This document shows positions 14,345 to 27,254 of a stretch of 64,000 nucleotides of DNA, one piece after another (the stretch's first letter is position 1; every line of letters begins with the position of its first letter). Source of the stretch: a virus (lineage: Duplodnaviria > Heunggongvirae > Uroviricota > Caudoviricetes); IMG/VR virus record IMGVR_UViG_3300021387_000308, positions 38,037 through 102,036 of that record. The stretch is one strand, 5' to 3'. The notes below the pieces were generated by a model. That model did not search any database. It saw nothing but the letters and a program-made list of their open reading frames with translations, and was not told the origin of the DNA. The position numbers were made by a program, and so were the translations under genes.

Positions 14345-14779
14345 ATGTCATTAAAAGGTACTTTATCAACAGCCAGTAATATGACTGGAACTCTCTCACC
14401 TCCTCAGATTTTATCTGGTTTAGTTTCTGATGCGACAAGATTTGTTGGAAAACTTTCTAATACTACACTTCGTGGATATAGTGCCTATGACATTGCGGTA
14501 CTTGAGGGATTTTCTGGCACTGAAGAAGAATGGTTAGAAACTCTTAAAGGTGAGAGAATTGAATTAAGAAATAATAATGGAATTCTTCAATGGAAATATG
14601 AGAGTGAATCAGAATGGATTGATTTAATTGATTTGGTTGCAGCAAATGATTACGAATAGCTGATTAATAAACCAATGATTGATAATATTGTCCTTTCTGG
14701 TAATAGAGATTTAAGTTTAAGTTATATGCGAAATACTAATGCACTTACGAATATGGAAATTGAGAGCTTGTTAAGTTAA
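14345..14779 (+). CDS. hypothetical late protein (144 aa), C-terminal ...ILQWKYESESEWIDLIDL... motif shared with the 29618 gene; 1 TAG(Gln)
   Basis: Track ORF 14345..14659 continues in frame 2 past TAG 14657 to TAA 14777-14779 (walk checked). Confidence 0.55.
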
Positions 14780-14793
14780 GGGGGTGAACTATT

Positions 14794-15192
14794 ATGGCAA
14801 ACTCTTATTTAGACTTACAAGGATTGCAAAGATTTTATAATATAATTTCGGGAAGAATCAATTAGAAATTAACTGTGGTTGCCAAAACGAAAGCTGAGTG
14901 GCAAAATTCTGGAAATGTTACTTCTTAGCCAGGTGTTCTTTATGTTACTACGGATTACAAAACTGTGACTAAAGATGGTACTACTTATGAAATACCATCT
15001 TTTAAACTTGGGGATGGTAATGCTTATGTTGTTGATTTACCAAATGCTACAGTAGATGAGGAAACGTTCCTCAATCATGTTAATGATAGGGTAGTTCATA
15101 TAACACAAGCTGAACGTGAGTTTTGGAATAATAAAAACCGCGCTGAAATTGATGAAAATGATCCCGAATGTTTAGTTATGACTATAAATTAA
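14794..15192 (+). CDS. fibre-family small protein (132 aa), N-terminus MANSYLDLQGLQRFY; 2 TAG(Gln)
   Basis: RBS aagggggtg then ATG 14794. Frame 1 joins track ORF 14965..15192 (walk checked). Confidence 0.6.
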
Positions 15193-15208
15193 GAAAGGAG
15201 AGAATATT

Positions 15209-16453
15209 ATGGCTAACGAACTCTCGAAAATTAAATTGCCTAGTGGTACAGAGTATACGTTGAAAGATAGTTAGGCTAGAACTGATATAGCTAATATTAA
15301 AACATCTATTACACAAGCTATGCATTTTATTGGTGTTACCACTACTGCTCTTTCTGATGGAGCTACTACTAGTCCAATTAAAATAGATAATGTTGATGTT
15401 ACTCCAGCATAGGGTGATGTTGTTATATATGGTACAACTGGTGCTAATGGCGCTGCTCCAAAAGAGTATGTTTGGAATGGTACAAAATGGTCTGAGCTTG
15501 GTTCCACTGGATCATTAAAATCATTAGCTTTTAAGGATTCTGCAAGTGGAAAAGTAACACCAACTGGTAGTGTATCATCTACTTTTACTGGTTCTTCTAG
15601 CACTGTAACGATTACTACTGCTGACAATACTTCTGGTAATTATTAGCCAAAAGGTACTGTTACGGTTAGCACAAATGCTACAACTAATAAAACTGCTACT
15701 GTTAGTCCAGTATCTGGTACTGTTACATATACCCCAGCCGGGACAATTAATACTCCAGTTTTTACTGGTACGGCTGCGACAATTAATTCTACTGGTAAAT
15801 TTACCCCTGCTGGTTCTGTTGCATTAACTAATACAAATAAAACAGCTACTGTTAGCGCAGATACAAGTGGTGATGTTACTTATACTCCAGAGGGTACGGT
15901 GGCGGCCCCCGCAATATCTGTAAAAACTGCTGGTAGTACAACTACTATTAAGAACCCCACAAGTACAACTTGTGCAAAAACTGTTGTTGCCGCCGCCCCA
16001 GGTGCATCTGCTCCAGCCAATAGTATAACGTACTATAGTGTAAGTGGCGAAACATTATCACTCTATCAGTTGGGATACACAACTGGTGATAGTATTACTA
16101 CATCTAATGTAACTGTAAAAAATGGTGATGCAGCATATCAAGCTACTGCACCCAAATTTACTGGAACGGGAAAACGTCTTGTTACAAGCGCAATTCCAGT
16201 ACCGACATCAGCCTCTTTTAATGGCACGGAGGGAAATCTTGCAGTTGCAGCTTCTTATACTCCTGCTGGTACAAATGATGATCTTACTTTTACAGGAACG
16301 GGTGTACGTCTTGTTACTGGTAATATTGCTGTACCGAATACTTATACGGCTACATTTACTGGAACAAAAGCGCAGATTTCTGGTACAACAACTGCAAATG
16401 GTAGCGTAAGTAGTTCGTTCACTGGTGATGAGAAGACTGTCACTGTTAGTTAA
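15209..16453 (+). CDS. Thr-rich fibre protein (414 aa), N-terminus MANELSKIKLPSGTEYTLKDS(Q)A; 3 TAG(Gln)
   Basis: RBS aagaaaggag then ATG 15209. Frame 2 is free of TAA/TGA up to track ORF 15899..16453 (full walk checked). Repetitive TxTxT-rich sequence. Confidence 0.7.
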
Positions 16454-16535
16454 TATAAATTATTATTAGAGTCAACTAATAATAGCTGACTCTTTTATAC
16501 CTCTATAAATCACAACACAAGGAGGTGAAAATAAA

Positions 16536-19500
16536 ATGGCCGATATTTCGGTAATAAAGCTCCCAAATGGGTCTTCTTATAATCTTAAAGATTCTTAGGC
16601 GATTGCTTCTGCCACGTTTTCAGGACACGAATTAACATTAGTAAAGCGAGGTAGTGGAACTCAAGTAGTTGATTTGGGAGACTTTGACACTATAAATGTT
16701 ACTGATGCGAATATCGGTAACTTGGTTGTAACTGGATCTGCTAGATTTACCAATGGTATATTTGGAGATCTTATTGGTAATGCATAGACAGCCACAACAG
16801 CTTCAAGAGTTTCTGGTGTTGCTGGATCTACTAATGCTGCACGACATGTGTGGTTTTCGGATAGCGGAACCGAAACTGCTAGAAATTATGATGATGATTT
16901 TAAATACAATCCATCCACTAACACATTAACTGTTGCGAATGTTAGTGGTAATGCAACATCTGCAACAACAGCAACCACATGTACTGGAAACGCTGCCACA
17001 TCAACCAAAGCAAACATAACAACAACTGCAAATGCAGTAGCAATATACACAGATACTGCTGGAACATTCGGAACAAAAGCTACGGCAAATGGTGCAGCTT
17101 ATGCAACATCAACGAACGGCGCTTTAACATTTGGTACTCTTCCAGTTGCCCAAGGTGGTACTGGAAAAACAAGTGGAAAAGATGCCGCTAATTATTTTAT
17201 GAATTCACTCGATACTGGAAGTTCAACTCCAGTAGATGCCGACTATTATATTTCTCAATATGTTAGCGGTGGAACAACAACTACAACATATCATCGTAGA
17301 CCAATGTCGGCACTTTGGTCATATGTATCTGGTAAACTTTCACATAAAATTGACGGTGTTACATTTAATGGTACAGCTGACATTATACATTATGGAACAT
17401 GTTCAACTGCGGCTGGTACTGCTGAAAAGGCAGTTACTTGTGCAAGTTGGAATCTCGTAACTGGTGCGACAATTTGGGTTAAGTTCACAGTAACAAATAC
17501 TGCTGCTGTTGCAAACCTTAAACTTAATGTCAGCAGTACTGGAGCAAAAGCAATTAAATATCGTGGCGGGAATCTTCCAATGGTCGCAACTCTTACAGCA
17601 AATAGAATATATGGATTTGTTTACGATGGAACGAATTTCGAATTACTTGGCGATCTTGATACAGACTCTAACAGTGATACTTGGAGAGCAATTTAGGTAA
17701 ATGGTACTTAGATTATTGCATCTAATTCAAATACTGCATTAAATCTTAAAGCAGGAACAAATGTTAGTTTATCCAACAGTTCTGGGACTGTAACAATAGC
17801 GGCTACTGATACTACATATTCCGCTGGAGTTGGTCTTACTCTCTCATCTACTACGTTTAAAGCAAAATTAAAATCTGAAACTAATTCTACTCAAGAATCT
17901 GCAACCGTTGGTACAACGGCTAATCGACAATATGCAGTTCATCCAGATAAATCTGGTTATCTTTCTGTAAATGTTCCGTGGACTGATACTACTAAAGCTA
18001 CTGCCTTTAACAGTGTTAGAGAAATTAAACTAACTGGTGATGTTACTGGTTCTGCAAGTGCTGACGGTTCTAGTGGATGGAGTATTGCAACTACAGTAGC
18101 AGATTATTCTCATAATCATTATCCTAATAATTTAATACTTGGTAATAGTGCTACTACTAGTAGTTTAGATCCATTAACTAGTGCATTTATAGGAAGTGCA
18201 GCATCAAACAAAACATTTGGATTACCAGCAAATGCAATTGTTATAGAATATAGTACAGATGGTGGTTCTACATGGACTGATTATGGTGCTACTGATGCGC
18301 AAAAGAGAGATTTATTTGCAGAAACTAGAGGAACTAATTTTGTTCTTGGTAAGTCAACATCTGCTTCTACAAATAGCACTAATAATAGATTACGTGTAAC
18401 TATTGAGCCAACAGATAGATATGTTGCTGTACATGGCATTTATGTTTGGTTTAATACACAAGGAAGCACTGCATATATGGATCTTGAAAGGTCAACTATT
18501 GGAGCGAAAGATACATTTACAACAGTATTTACTGGATAGCAAATAGCTGGTTGGTCTGGTAATAATATAAGATATTTTAGTGCTAGTTCGTTTGGAGGTG
18601 GTTCTAGTCAAACATCAAATCATTATAAATATAGAATCACATTTTACCAAACAGCAATTAATTCAAATTATTCTGGAGCGATTGTTAATGATATTAGGTT
18701 CTTGGGATTAAGTGTTCATTCTTCTCCAAACAACATGGTTGCCAAAAACCACCTATATACATGGAATTCTAGTTTAGACGCAACATTCCCAGCACAACTT
18801 ACTGCAACCAAATTTATTGGTAATGTAACTGGTAATGTGAGTGGAACTTCTTCTGGCGTTTTAGACGCTGGTAATAATAGTTCAACAACCACATTCGCAT
18901 ATTCAAAATCTGGGCTGAATGCAAATTGGACTACAACGCCCTGGTTTGCGGCATGGAATGGTTACGAATTAAGAGCAATTAATTCTGTTAATATGAAGAC
19001 TACTCTTGGTTTAAATAATGTTGATAATACTGCTGATGCTAATAAATCGGTTGCTTCTGCTGCAAAATTTACTTCTGCTTAGTCAGTAACTCTCACTGGA
19101 GACACTACTGGTACTGCAAGTTCATAGGCTGGATGGAGTATAGCAACAACTACGAAATTATTTACTGGAACACTTGAGAGCGCTACTGCTCTTACTACTA
19201 GTCCAACTGCTGGTAAAATTCGTTATAGTTATAATGTTAACAATGGTACAGCTGGATTATTTAATCACTCAAGTAATGCGAACTCAATTATTACATTAAA
19301 TAGACATAATGGCAATTATGATTCACAAATTGGATTTTCATCTGATGGGAATATCTATTATAGATCTTTTAATGGAAGTGCGTTGAATAATACTACAGCA
19401 TGGAAGACTATGTTAGATTCTGGGAATTACACTTCCTATACAGTAACCAAAACTGGTTCAGGAGCTAGTGGGACTTGGGGAATAAGTATTACTGGTAATG

Positions 19501-20396
19501 CAGCGACGGCAACCACGGCTTCTTCGGCTAGTGCGCTAACTGGTCTTACCGCAAATCGTTTTGTGATAGGTAATGGTTCGTCTGCTGCGTATGCGTCTAG
19601 TAGCATGGGGTATTTCAATAATGTTGATGTGACCGTTGCATCTACTACCGTTAAACGGAACGGATTATATATCACTGGCGCTGGATATGGTAACACCGCT
19701 TCGTAGCTAGTATCATAGACATCGGGTGTTCTCAGTTGGGGAGACGGTGGCCCTCAAATTATATTCAGCACTGGCGATTATTCTAACAGTTCTAGCCAAT
19801 CTGGTGCTTTAATATTTACTGATCATGATTCTGCTGGTACTGGTACAAGCTTCCACTTCGTTGGTAACCAAAGCGATTGGAGTGTGAATTCAAAACGTTT
19901 TGTGGCGAAAACGAGCGTGTCTGTCGGAGTGAATGTTCCCAACACGAGTTATAACTTATATGTTGCGGGTACAGCGAATATTACAGGGGTGACTACTGGG
20001 GCAAGTTTCATATCTTCGTCTAAGATGACAATATCCAGTGGAACAATGACGGAAATTGCTACCAACCAACGAGGAGGCTTGTTTGCTGACGGTGTGGCAT
20101 TTTCAAATCCTGCGACTAGAAATGATCAAGGTTGGATACGTTGTCTCGGAACTAGTGAATCAGATACTGTACTTGAGATTGCAACTGGCGATGACAGCGG
20201 TTCAGGAGAACAAATCAAAGCTAGACAGTACAATACATCTAGCGCAGTTGTTCATGAAATGACATTGTTGGATACGTCTGGACATACTGCGGTTCCAGGA
20301 AATCTGACAATCGGGTCAGGCACTACTGGTGCGAGTGGCACTGTTAAGCTTGTTATGAACACAAGCACTAATTCATTAGATTTCGTTTTCTATTGA
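16536..20396 (+). CDS. giant fibre protein (1286 codons), N-terminus MADISVIKLPNGSSYNLKDS(Q)A; compositionally distinct GC-richer C-terminal module
   Basis: RBS aaggaggtg then ATG 16536. Frame 3 is continuous through track ORFs 16848..17696, 18702..19082, 19383..19706, 19884..20396 to TGA (gaps 16536-16848 and 17696-18702 walked codon by codon). Confidence 0.7.
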
Positions 20397-20519
20397 TAAC
20401 TTCCCCTCCTCGTGGTACAATTTCCCGGGGAGAGAAGGAGCTGGGATGGAACTGGACGAATACATATTTTTAATCTCGGAGATATTCAGAGATACAGAAA
20501 TTATTGAATATTATAAATC

Positions 20520-20556
20520 AGGACTTCACGGTTCGACTCCGTGGAGTCTTTTTCTT
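20520..20556 (+). terminator. strong rho-independent terminator (12-bp stem AGGACTTCACGG / CCGTGGAGTCTT, loop ttcgact, then T tract)
   Basis: Stem read directly from the sequence. The loop resembles a tRNA T-loop, but no acceptor/D/anticodon arms can be built. Confidence 0.6.
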
Positions 20557-20574
20557 AATATTTAGGAGGAAAAA

Positions 20575-20688
20575 ATGAATATGTCTTATATTGTTTATAT
20601 AGATACAAAGCAAGCAACACACACACAGTTTTTTAAAATATTTTATGATATTCCATCTGATTTTAGCAAGAAAGTAGGTGAGATGTAA
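20575..20688 (+). CDS. small upstream ORF (37 aa) with strong RBS aggagg; its stop overlaps the next start (TAATG)
   Basis: ATG 20575, TAA 20686-20688, next gene ATG 20688. Confidence 0.3.
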   Translation: MNMSYIVYIDTKQATHTQFFKIFYDIPSDFSKKVGEM

Positions 20689-22382
20689 TGGCACTACAAA
20701 TTTGGATGCCATTAAATGGTGATGCTCATAATCAAGGGCTTACAGAGATATCTACGGTTGGCTCACCCGCATTTGTTAATGGTGGAATTCTTGGTTACGC
20801 ATTCGGCAACAACTCTCTTGCAATCCCGAATTTTTCCGCAATCTCGTGTTTGAGCGATGGGCATAGTTTCACGTTTTGTTTTTGGATAAAGCCAACAACA
20901 GCAAGTCAAACAGTGACATTTTTTGATTGTGGAAATTCGACTGGAACGGGAACGAGATTACACTTTGCTATGAATAGCAATAAGTTTCGATTTGGTTTTC
21001 GAGCCGATGATTTAGATGGACCAACGTTAACAACCTCCTGGAGTCATATTGCATGTGTGTATGACGGTAGCAAGAAGTACATTTATTACAATGGGGTTCT
21101 GAATACAAGTGCTACGAGTGGGTAGTTGAAAATTCCAGCTACAAATATGTCAGGCAACTTTTATGGCTCAACGGTATATATGAATGATTTCCGCCTCTAT
21201 GACACTGCTCTCTCTCCTCGTGAAATTAAAGAGATATCTAAGGGAAAGATTTTGCATTATACACTTAACAGAGGTGGATTTGGACAAGATAATTATTTTA
21301 ATTGTCCAGATTTTATAAGAGGTACATCTAGTACGGCAAATTTGAGAGAGTATAACAATGGTTTATTTACATTAACAGCTAATATGAATAATGCGTTTAG
21401 CCAATTGGTTCCTGCATTAAATGAATATACTTCTGTAAAAATTCCTGCTGGAACGTATGTTTTTTCAATTCAAAATTGGGTATCAGATGTTAGTATACAC
21501 GATGTAACTGGTCTTGCATTGAAAGTTAAAAATTCTAGCGGTTCTACATTTTTACTTCCAAATAATACACCAACAACACTTGCTGATGAATGTTCTTTTG
21601 TCGAAATTGTTGGGAATAAAACAATCTCAAAAGGATCAACTATATCATGTCGTTTTATGCTTGAAAAAGGATCTGTTGTGACTCCGTGGACTCCGCATTC
21701 TTCTGATACATTATATTCTAAAATGGGGTTAGATGATAATATTGAGTATGATGTGAGTGGGTATGGACATAATGGAACTGCAAGTGGTACTACCTATTCT
21801 TCTGATACGCCGAGATATAATATAAGTACAAAATTCGATGCTAACACAAATACTGTGACTCTAATGCCATGTTTTTCAAATGGTCAAACTGTAGATGAAA
21901 TGTCTGTTGGTATTTGGCTTAAAACAAATACCTTAAATAGTACTGCCCCAAATTTTTTCTCGTTAGGAGAAAATATATTTGTTCGTGCAAGAATTACGAC
22001 TAGAACATCAATTTAGACATTTTCAAAAATTGGTACTGGTAATTTAACTGGGGTCAGTTTTAATTGTAAAAATATACTAGATAATGAATGGCATCATTTT
22101 GTATACGTTTTTAACAAAGGCATTATTACGTGCTACATTGATGGCGAAATGCTTAGTTCAGAAGATAAATCCTCTATTGCTAATTATCTTTATTGTGGTT
22201 CTTAGAGTTGGCATCTTGCTGGATATACTGCAAACGGTGAAAATTTTATAGGTTCTTTAAGTGATTTCCGCATCTACGCTACTGCTCTCTCCGCCTCAGA
22301 TGTACTCACCCTCTACAATACCCCAATAAATTTAAGCAGTAACGGAACTCTCCTTACTCAAGGCGAATACGTGGAGGTGTGA
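20688..22382 (+). CDS. tail fibre protein with two LamG/concanavalin-like jellyroll domains (564 aa); 3 TAG(Gln)
   Basis: Track ORFs 20688..21125 and 21126..22016 are both frame 3. Walk 22014-22382 checked, TGA at 22380. Motifs FRLYDTALSPREIKEIS and FRIYATALSASDVLTLYN are typical of LamG-type fibre domains. Confidence 0.65.
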
Positions 22383-22384
22383 TT

Positions 22385-24103
22385 ATGGCATTAAAATATT
22401 GGTTACCTATGACGGACGGAACATTACATAATTAGGGAGTAAGCAATATAACATTAACAAATAATAATGTTACATCCAATAGTAATGGGAAATTAGGAAA
22501 ATGTGTATATTTTAATGGATCTGCCGCAGCATATGCAGATGGTATTACAGTTGGGAATAATCTAACCGTATGTTTTTGGGCAAAAGCAAATACGGTTCAT
22601 AGTGGTTATATATTTTAGCTAGGAAATGCTGCAACTGCTAATTAGGTATAGGTTGCTCTTAGGACAGAAGCGAGTAATTAGTAGTATATAGCATTTATTG
22701 GCAATACATCATTTACTAGCGGATATAATATTGGTTGTAATACAACTGATTGGAATCATTATTGTATGGTAATAGAAGAAACTACATTACGTATTTATAT
22801 TAATGGAACATATAAGTCTTCCCATACTATTTCATCATATTATTCTGGACATAGATTGTCGCTGGGATAGTATTATTCAGGAACTAATTTTAATGGTTAT
22901 ATTAATGATTTTAGATTATATGACAATGTTTTATCACCAAGTGATATTAAAAGAATTTCGCAAGGATTAGTGCTTCATTATTCATTATCTAATAGAGGAT
23001 TTGGCAATGAAAATTTACTTACTCGTTATGTTACTCCTGGGCAAGCAAGTCCTACGTCAACTGCGACTGCTGGTAGAACAAAATATTATGGTGATTATGG
23101 AATTATTATACCAGCACAAGAATCAGCTGACACTTATTTTAGATTATTTTTGAAAGAAAAACTTACTTTAAATGAAGTGTATACTATTAGTTGTCAAGCA
23201 TCTGGATTATTAAATGGGTCATATATTAGATTTCCTCTTTTTGCATAGGGTAATACATCTATGGGTATATTAAATATTGATCATAATGGATTATGTAGTT
23301 TAACCTTTACAATGACTTATACTAATCAAACTGCTGCTACTGCTGGAAGTGAAACTGTTTATATATGTTTTTTAGACGATTCTGGAAGAAATTATGTATC
23401 TGGATAGGGAACAATTACATTAACAAATTTTAAAATAGAAAAAGGTAATAAAGTTACTCCATTTATCCCACATTCTTCCGATCCACTATATTCAAAACTC
23501 GAATTGGATAATAACATTGAATATGATTTATCTGGATATCAATATAATGGAACAAGAAGTGGTGTTACTCCATCAAGTGATGCGCCGCGAAATTTTGGTG
23601 CAACATATTTCGATGGTATTGATGATATGATTCTTATTAATGATTTGTATGGAATATCAAGTATATTAAATGATTGTGCTACTATATCGTTTTGGATAAA
23701 ACCGCAAGATGAAAATGGCGCACGGTCAATATATTTTTCAGCATATTCAAATACGTCATGGTCAATTGAAAAAAGTACTGCAAATACTATTAGAAGTTGG
23801 TGGAACGGTAGCCCAGATTTAAATTGCTCAAATGCTGTTATTACCGATGGTGTATGGTAGCATGTATGTATTGTTAAAAATGGTTCTTCTAATTTAAAAG
23901 TATATATAAATGGGGAATTAAAATATACCCAAGGAGGATATACATTTGAAAATAAAACATTTAGTACGACATGGAGAATTGGAAGAGATACAAGATCAAA
24001 TGATGGTACACCATATCATGGATTAATGACCGATTTTAGACTGTATTCTACTGCTTTATCAGCTGAGGATGTTTCTGAATTATATGGGGGTGGTGTTGCA
24101 TGA
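22385..24103 (+). CDS. paralogous LamG-domain tail fibre protein (572 aa); about 9 TAG(Gln)
   Basis: ATG 22385. Frame 2 runs through track ORFs 22970..23248 and 23504..23860 to TGA 24101-24103. N-terminus MALKYWLPMTDGTLHNQG matches MALQIWMPLNGDAHNQG of the upstream gene. Motifs FRLYDNVLSPSDIKRIS and FRLYSTALSAEDVSELYG. Confidence 0.6.
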
Positions 24104-24675
24104 GTGTTGGATTTTGCAAGACTGGAATTGTTAGTGCTAGTGGAGAAGATGTAAAAGAAAATATTTTAAAATATACTCCAAGAAGTATTTCTCAAACATC
24201 ATATTGTGGATATCAAGCAAATATGACGCAGAATCTTTCAGCTGGACAAACGTATACTGTATAGCTTTGGGATGTGGATGTTAGTCATTCTGGTAAAGAC
24301 GAAGCTAATGTTGGTATATGGATATATTGGGGCGGCGGATCGGTAAATTTATGTGCATGGGCTGGGCCATCTAATTTTACAAATGGACATGCAGACTATT
24401 TATATAAAACTTTTACGGTTTCAAGTACTCAAGCAAGTGGTTCTGGAGCAACAAATTCATATTTAAACTTTTATAATTCGGTTGGTTATGTTGCTGGGAC
24501 AATGTATATGAAAATAGGAAGATGGAAACTTGAAGTTGGAAGTATCCCAACACCTTGGTGTCTTAGTCCATAGGACACTCCATATATAGGATCAAATCAT
24601 GGTTTTATTGAGTCTGGAAATATGATGAGCATATACGAAAATTATATAAATACAAAGGAATTTATCGAATATTAA
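24100..24675 (+). CDS. hypothetical late protein (191 aa), 2 TAG(Gln); start overlaps the upstream stop (ATGA)
   Basis: ATG 24100, frame 1 through track ORF 24274..24573 to TAA 24673-24675. Confidence 0.55.
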
Positions 24676-24736
24676 AATTTTAAGGAGAGCTAGATCACTC
24701 TCCTGTGTAAGAAAGGAAGGTGATTTATAATAAATT

Positions 24737-26677
24737 ATGATTGCAAAAAATCTTTTAGTAAATGGCAGTTCTAGATTTTTAGGAGATATGTACGGGAATT
24801 TAGTTGGTACAATAAATAGCCATACTGTTGCTAAAGATGTACCATCTGATGCCAAATTTACGGATACAACTTACTCTGTTGTGTCAGCTGGAACGTCCAC
24901 AACTGCTGGTGGATTAATGAGTTAGTCAGATAAAACCAAACTAAATGGTATTGCTACTGGAGCGGAAGTTAATTAGAATGCTTTCTCGAATATATATATT
25001 GATGCTGGCAATGCAACATTACTTCCAGCGGGATCAAAAACAGATACATTTAGATTAAAGACTGGTGGTAATATTGCTTTTGAAGTTAATACTAGCCAAA
25101 ATCAAGTAACAATTTCTGCTGTTGATACTATTCCAAGTGCCTATTGCAATACTGCTAGTGGAACTGCCGCAAAGGTTGCAAGTTGTACTGGATATGTACT
25201 TAGACAGCATAATTATATTCAAGTTATAATGGTTAACGCAAATTCATATAATGGTGCTATTACATTAAATATTAATGGTACTGGAGCAAAAACTATTAGG
25301 ATTAATGGTTCTGATTCTTCATCATCAAATAAAACATTACCAGCTGGGTCTTATATGGTTTATTATAACGGTACATAGTATTGTTTTAATACGTCACTTA
25401 GTATGCCTGGATATATAGATTATGCAAAATATATTAACATGACATCTACTACAAATAAGATGTTTATTGGCGGTACGACAAGTAGTTCAAATAGTTATAA
25501 ATCATTGTATTTTAATCCTAATGTACATATAGAAAATTATACATTAAGTATAAATGATAATGTTATATTAGATGGGGATACTTGTGATATATAGCTTATA
25601 TCAAATAGTCTAAGTAATACATATTCAAATTTAAGCCCAAATCACTTTTATATTAATACTCAATCATATAGTGCAAATTATGCTGATACTGACATACTTA
25701 TGAATGAAATACTTAATTCTGTAGAAGTTAATCGTGTTAATATCAGTAGTATGACTGCTAGTATTTATCTTAATTATACTAGCCCTAAAATTGAGTTAAA
25801 TGCTACTGATAATCCAAGCATTACTTTAGAAGTACGTAATACTGGTGTTCATGGATTATACTCATCTGGTTATAATAATGGTAGTTCATTTGTATCAGAT
25901 CCTCGTTGGCTGATTCAAAGAACTGCTGGTTATGATAATAATTTAATAGAGGGCAATACTTATATAACAGGTAATTTAACAACACAAACTTCTACTGCTA
26001 GTATAGCAAATTATATGCGAATTTCACATAATGGATTTGGCGGAACAAGTATAGATATGGAAGTTTCAGCAAGTGGCATACCTGGAATTTATTCAGCTAG
26101 ATATTGGAATGGTAGTTCCGTAGTATACAACAGTGGTATTTGGATGATTTATCGTGATACTGATGGGTTGGTTAGAACTAGAAGTTGTTCTGGTACTAAC
26201 TCAACACCGCTTGTAAATACTTCTACAACAGATGGGAAAATGCTATCTGGATGTCATTGTAATACTTCTACTCAATTAGCATTATATGGTCAATGGGGAA
26301 CTACTGGAACAACGTATGCATATAGATATGTTACGGTAACCACATCTGATCCACGACTTAAAGAAAACATTGAACCGACTAAATTTAATGCTCTTGAATT
26401 GATTAATAAAATTAATCTTTACTCATTTGACTGGAAAAATGATGATACCCCGCATTATGATGTTGGTTATATAGCTACAGAATTATATGAATTGGATCAT
26501 AATCTTGCCATCAAACCAGAAGATGAATCCGAAGGTTATTGGGGAGTTAATGATTATTACATGTCTGGTGTTCAAACAAAAGCAATCCAAGAATTGTCAG
26601 CAGAAAATAATGAACTCAGAAACAAGATCACATCACTTGAAGCTAGGATAGCGTCATTAGAAGCGCTTATAAAATAA
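24737..26677 (+). CDS. tail fibre protein (646 aa) with C-terminal S74-type intramolecular chaperone domain (...TTSDPRLKENIEPTKFNALELINKINLYSFDWK...); 4 TAG(Gln)
   Basis: ATG 24737. Frame 2 continuous through track ORFs 25403..25594 and 25700..26677 (both gaps walked). TAA then a terminator. Confidence 0.7.
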
Positions 26678-26693
26678 TGTAACTTATTAACAT

Positions 26694-26724
26694 AGACGGT
26701 AGTAATACTGCCGTCTTTTTATTA
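26694..26724 (+). terminator. rho-independent terminator (AGACGGTAG-taata-CTGCCGTCT then ttttattat)
   Basis: 9-bp stem with one G-U pair, followed by a T tract. Confidence 0.6.
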
Positions 26725-26743
26725 TAGAAAGGAGATGTGACCA

Positions 26744-27238
26744 TTGTCTGATATTGTAAAATTTATTGACATGGATTGGAAAAATGGTGTCTTATTTATC
26801 GCCGCACTGGTCGTTGTTGCGGTATTTCTAATCCAAAAATGGGATTGGGTTATTTCAAGATTTGGCATTATTTCCAAGCGTAGGCTTGCATAGGAAAAGC
26901 TAGGAAAAGATGTCGATGAATTGAAAGACCATACTAAAAAAACAGACGAAAATATTGAAAAACTCATGGGAACGGTAAACGAAATGAAAGAATGTATTTA
27001 CGATCTATCTAATAAAGTTAATGATATGCAAAAGAAGAATGACGAAAATGAAGTTGCAAGAATAGGAGACAGATTAACACAGGCTTACAATTTTTATCGA
27101 AAACGTGGGTCGTGGACTAATATGGAGAAATGGGCTTTTGACAATATGGTAAAACAATATAAGTCTTCTGGCGGTGATTCATGGATTGATGAAGTTGCAG
27201 TGCCAGCAAGTAGAGGATGGGAAATTGTAGATGAATAA
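26744..27238 (+). CDS. membrane-anchored coiled-coil protein (about 164 aa; N-terminal TM GVLFIAALVVVAVFLIQKW), i-spanin-like or holin-associated; 1 TAG(Gln)
   Basis: RBS aaaggag 9 nt before TTG 26744 (alternative start ATG 26771). Frame 2 joins track ORF 26921..27238 through TAG 26891. Confidence 0.5.
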
Positions 27239-27254
27239 GGGAGGATAATATTAT

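Noticed and set aside
16122-17700. + strand ORFs in other frames inside fibre genes (16122..16409, 16979..17191, 17236..17460, 17509..17700, 32503..33063, 33979..34359, 37027..37299, 37306..37536, 9064..9294)
   Set aside because: They are out of frame with the continuous recoded genes and have biased, low-complexity composition (Leu/Ile/Gln-rich), typical of shadow ORFs in AT-rich DNA.
20527-20551. tRNA-like T-arm (CACGG-TTCGACT-CCGTG) that could have been the missing suppressor tRNA
   Set aside because: No acceptor, D or anticodon arm can be formed upstream. The flanking bases instead extend to a 12-bp hairpin followed by a T tract, i.e. a rho-independent terminator.
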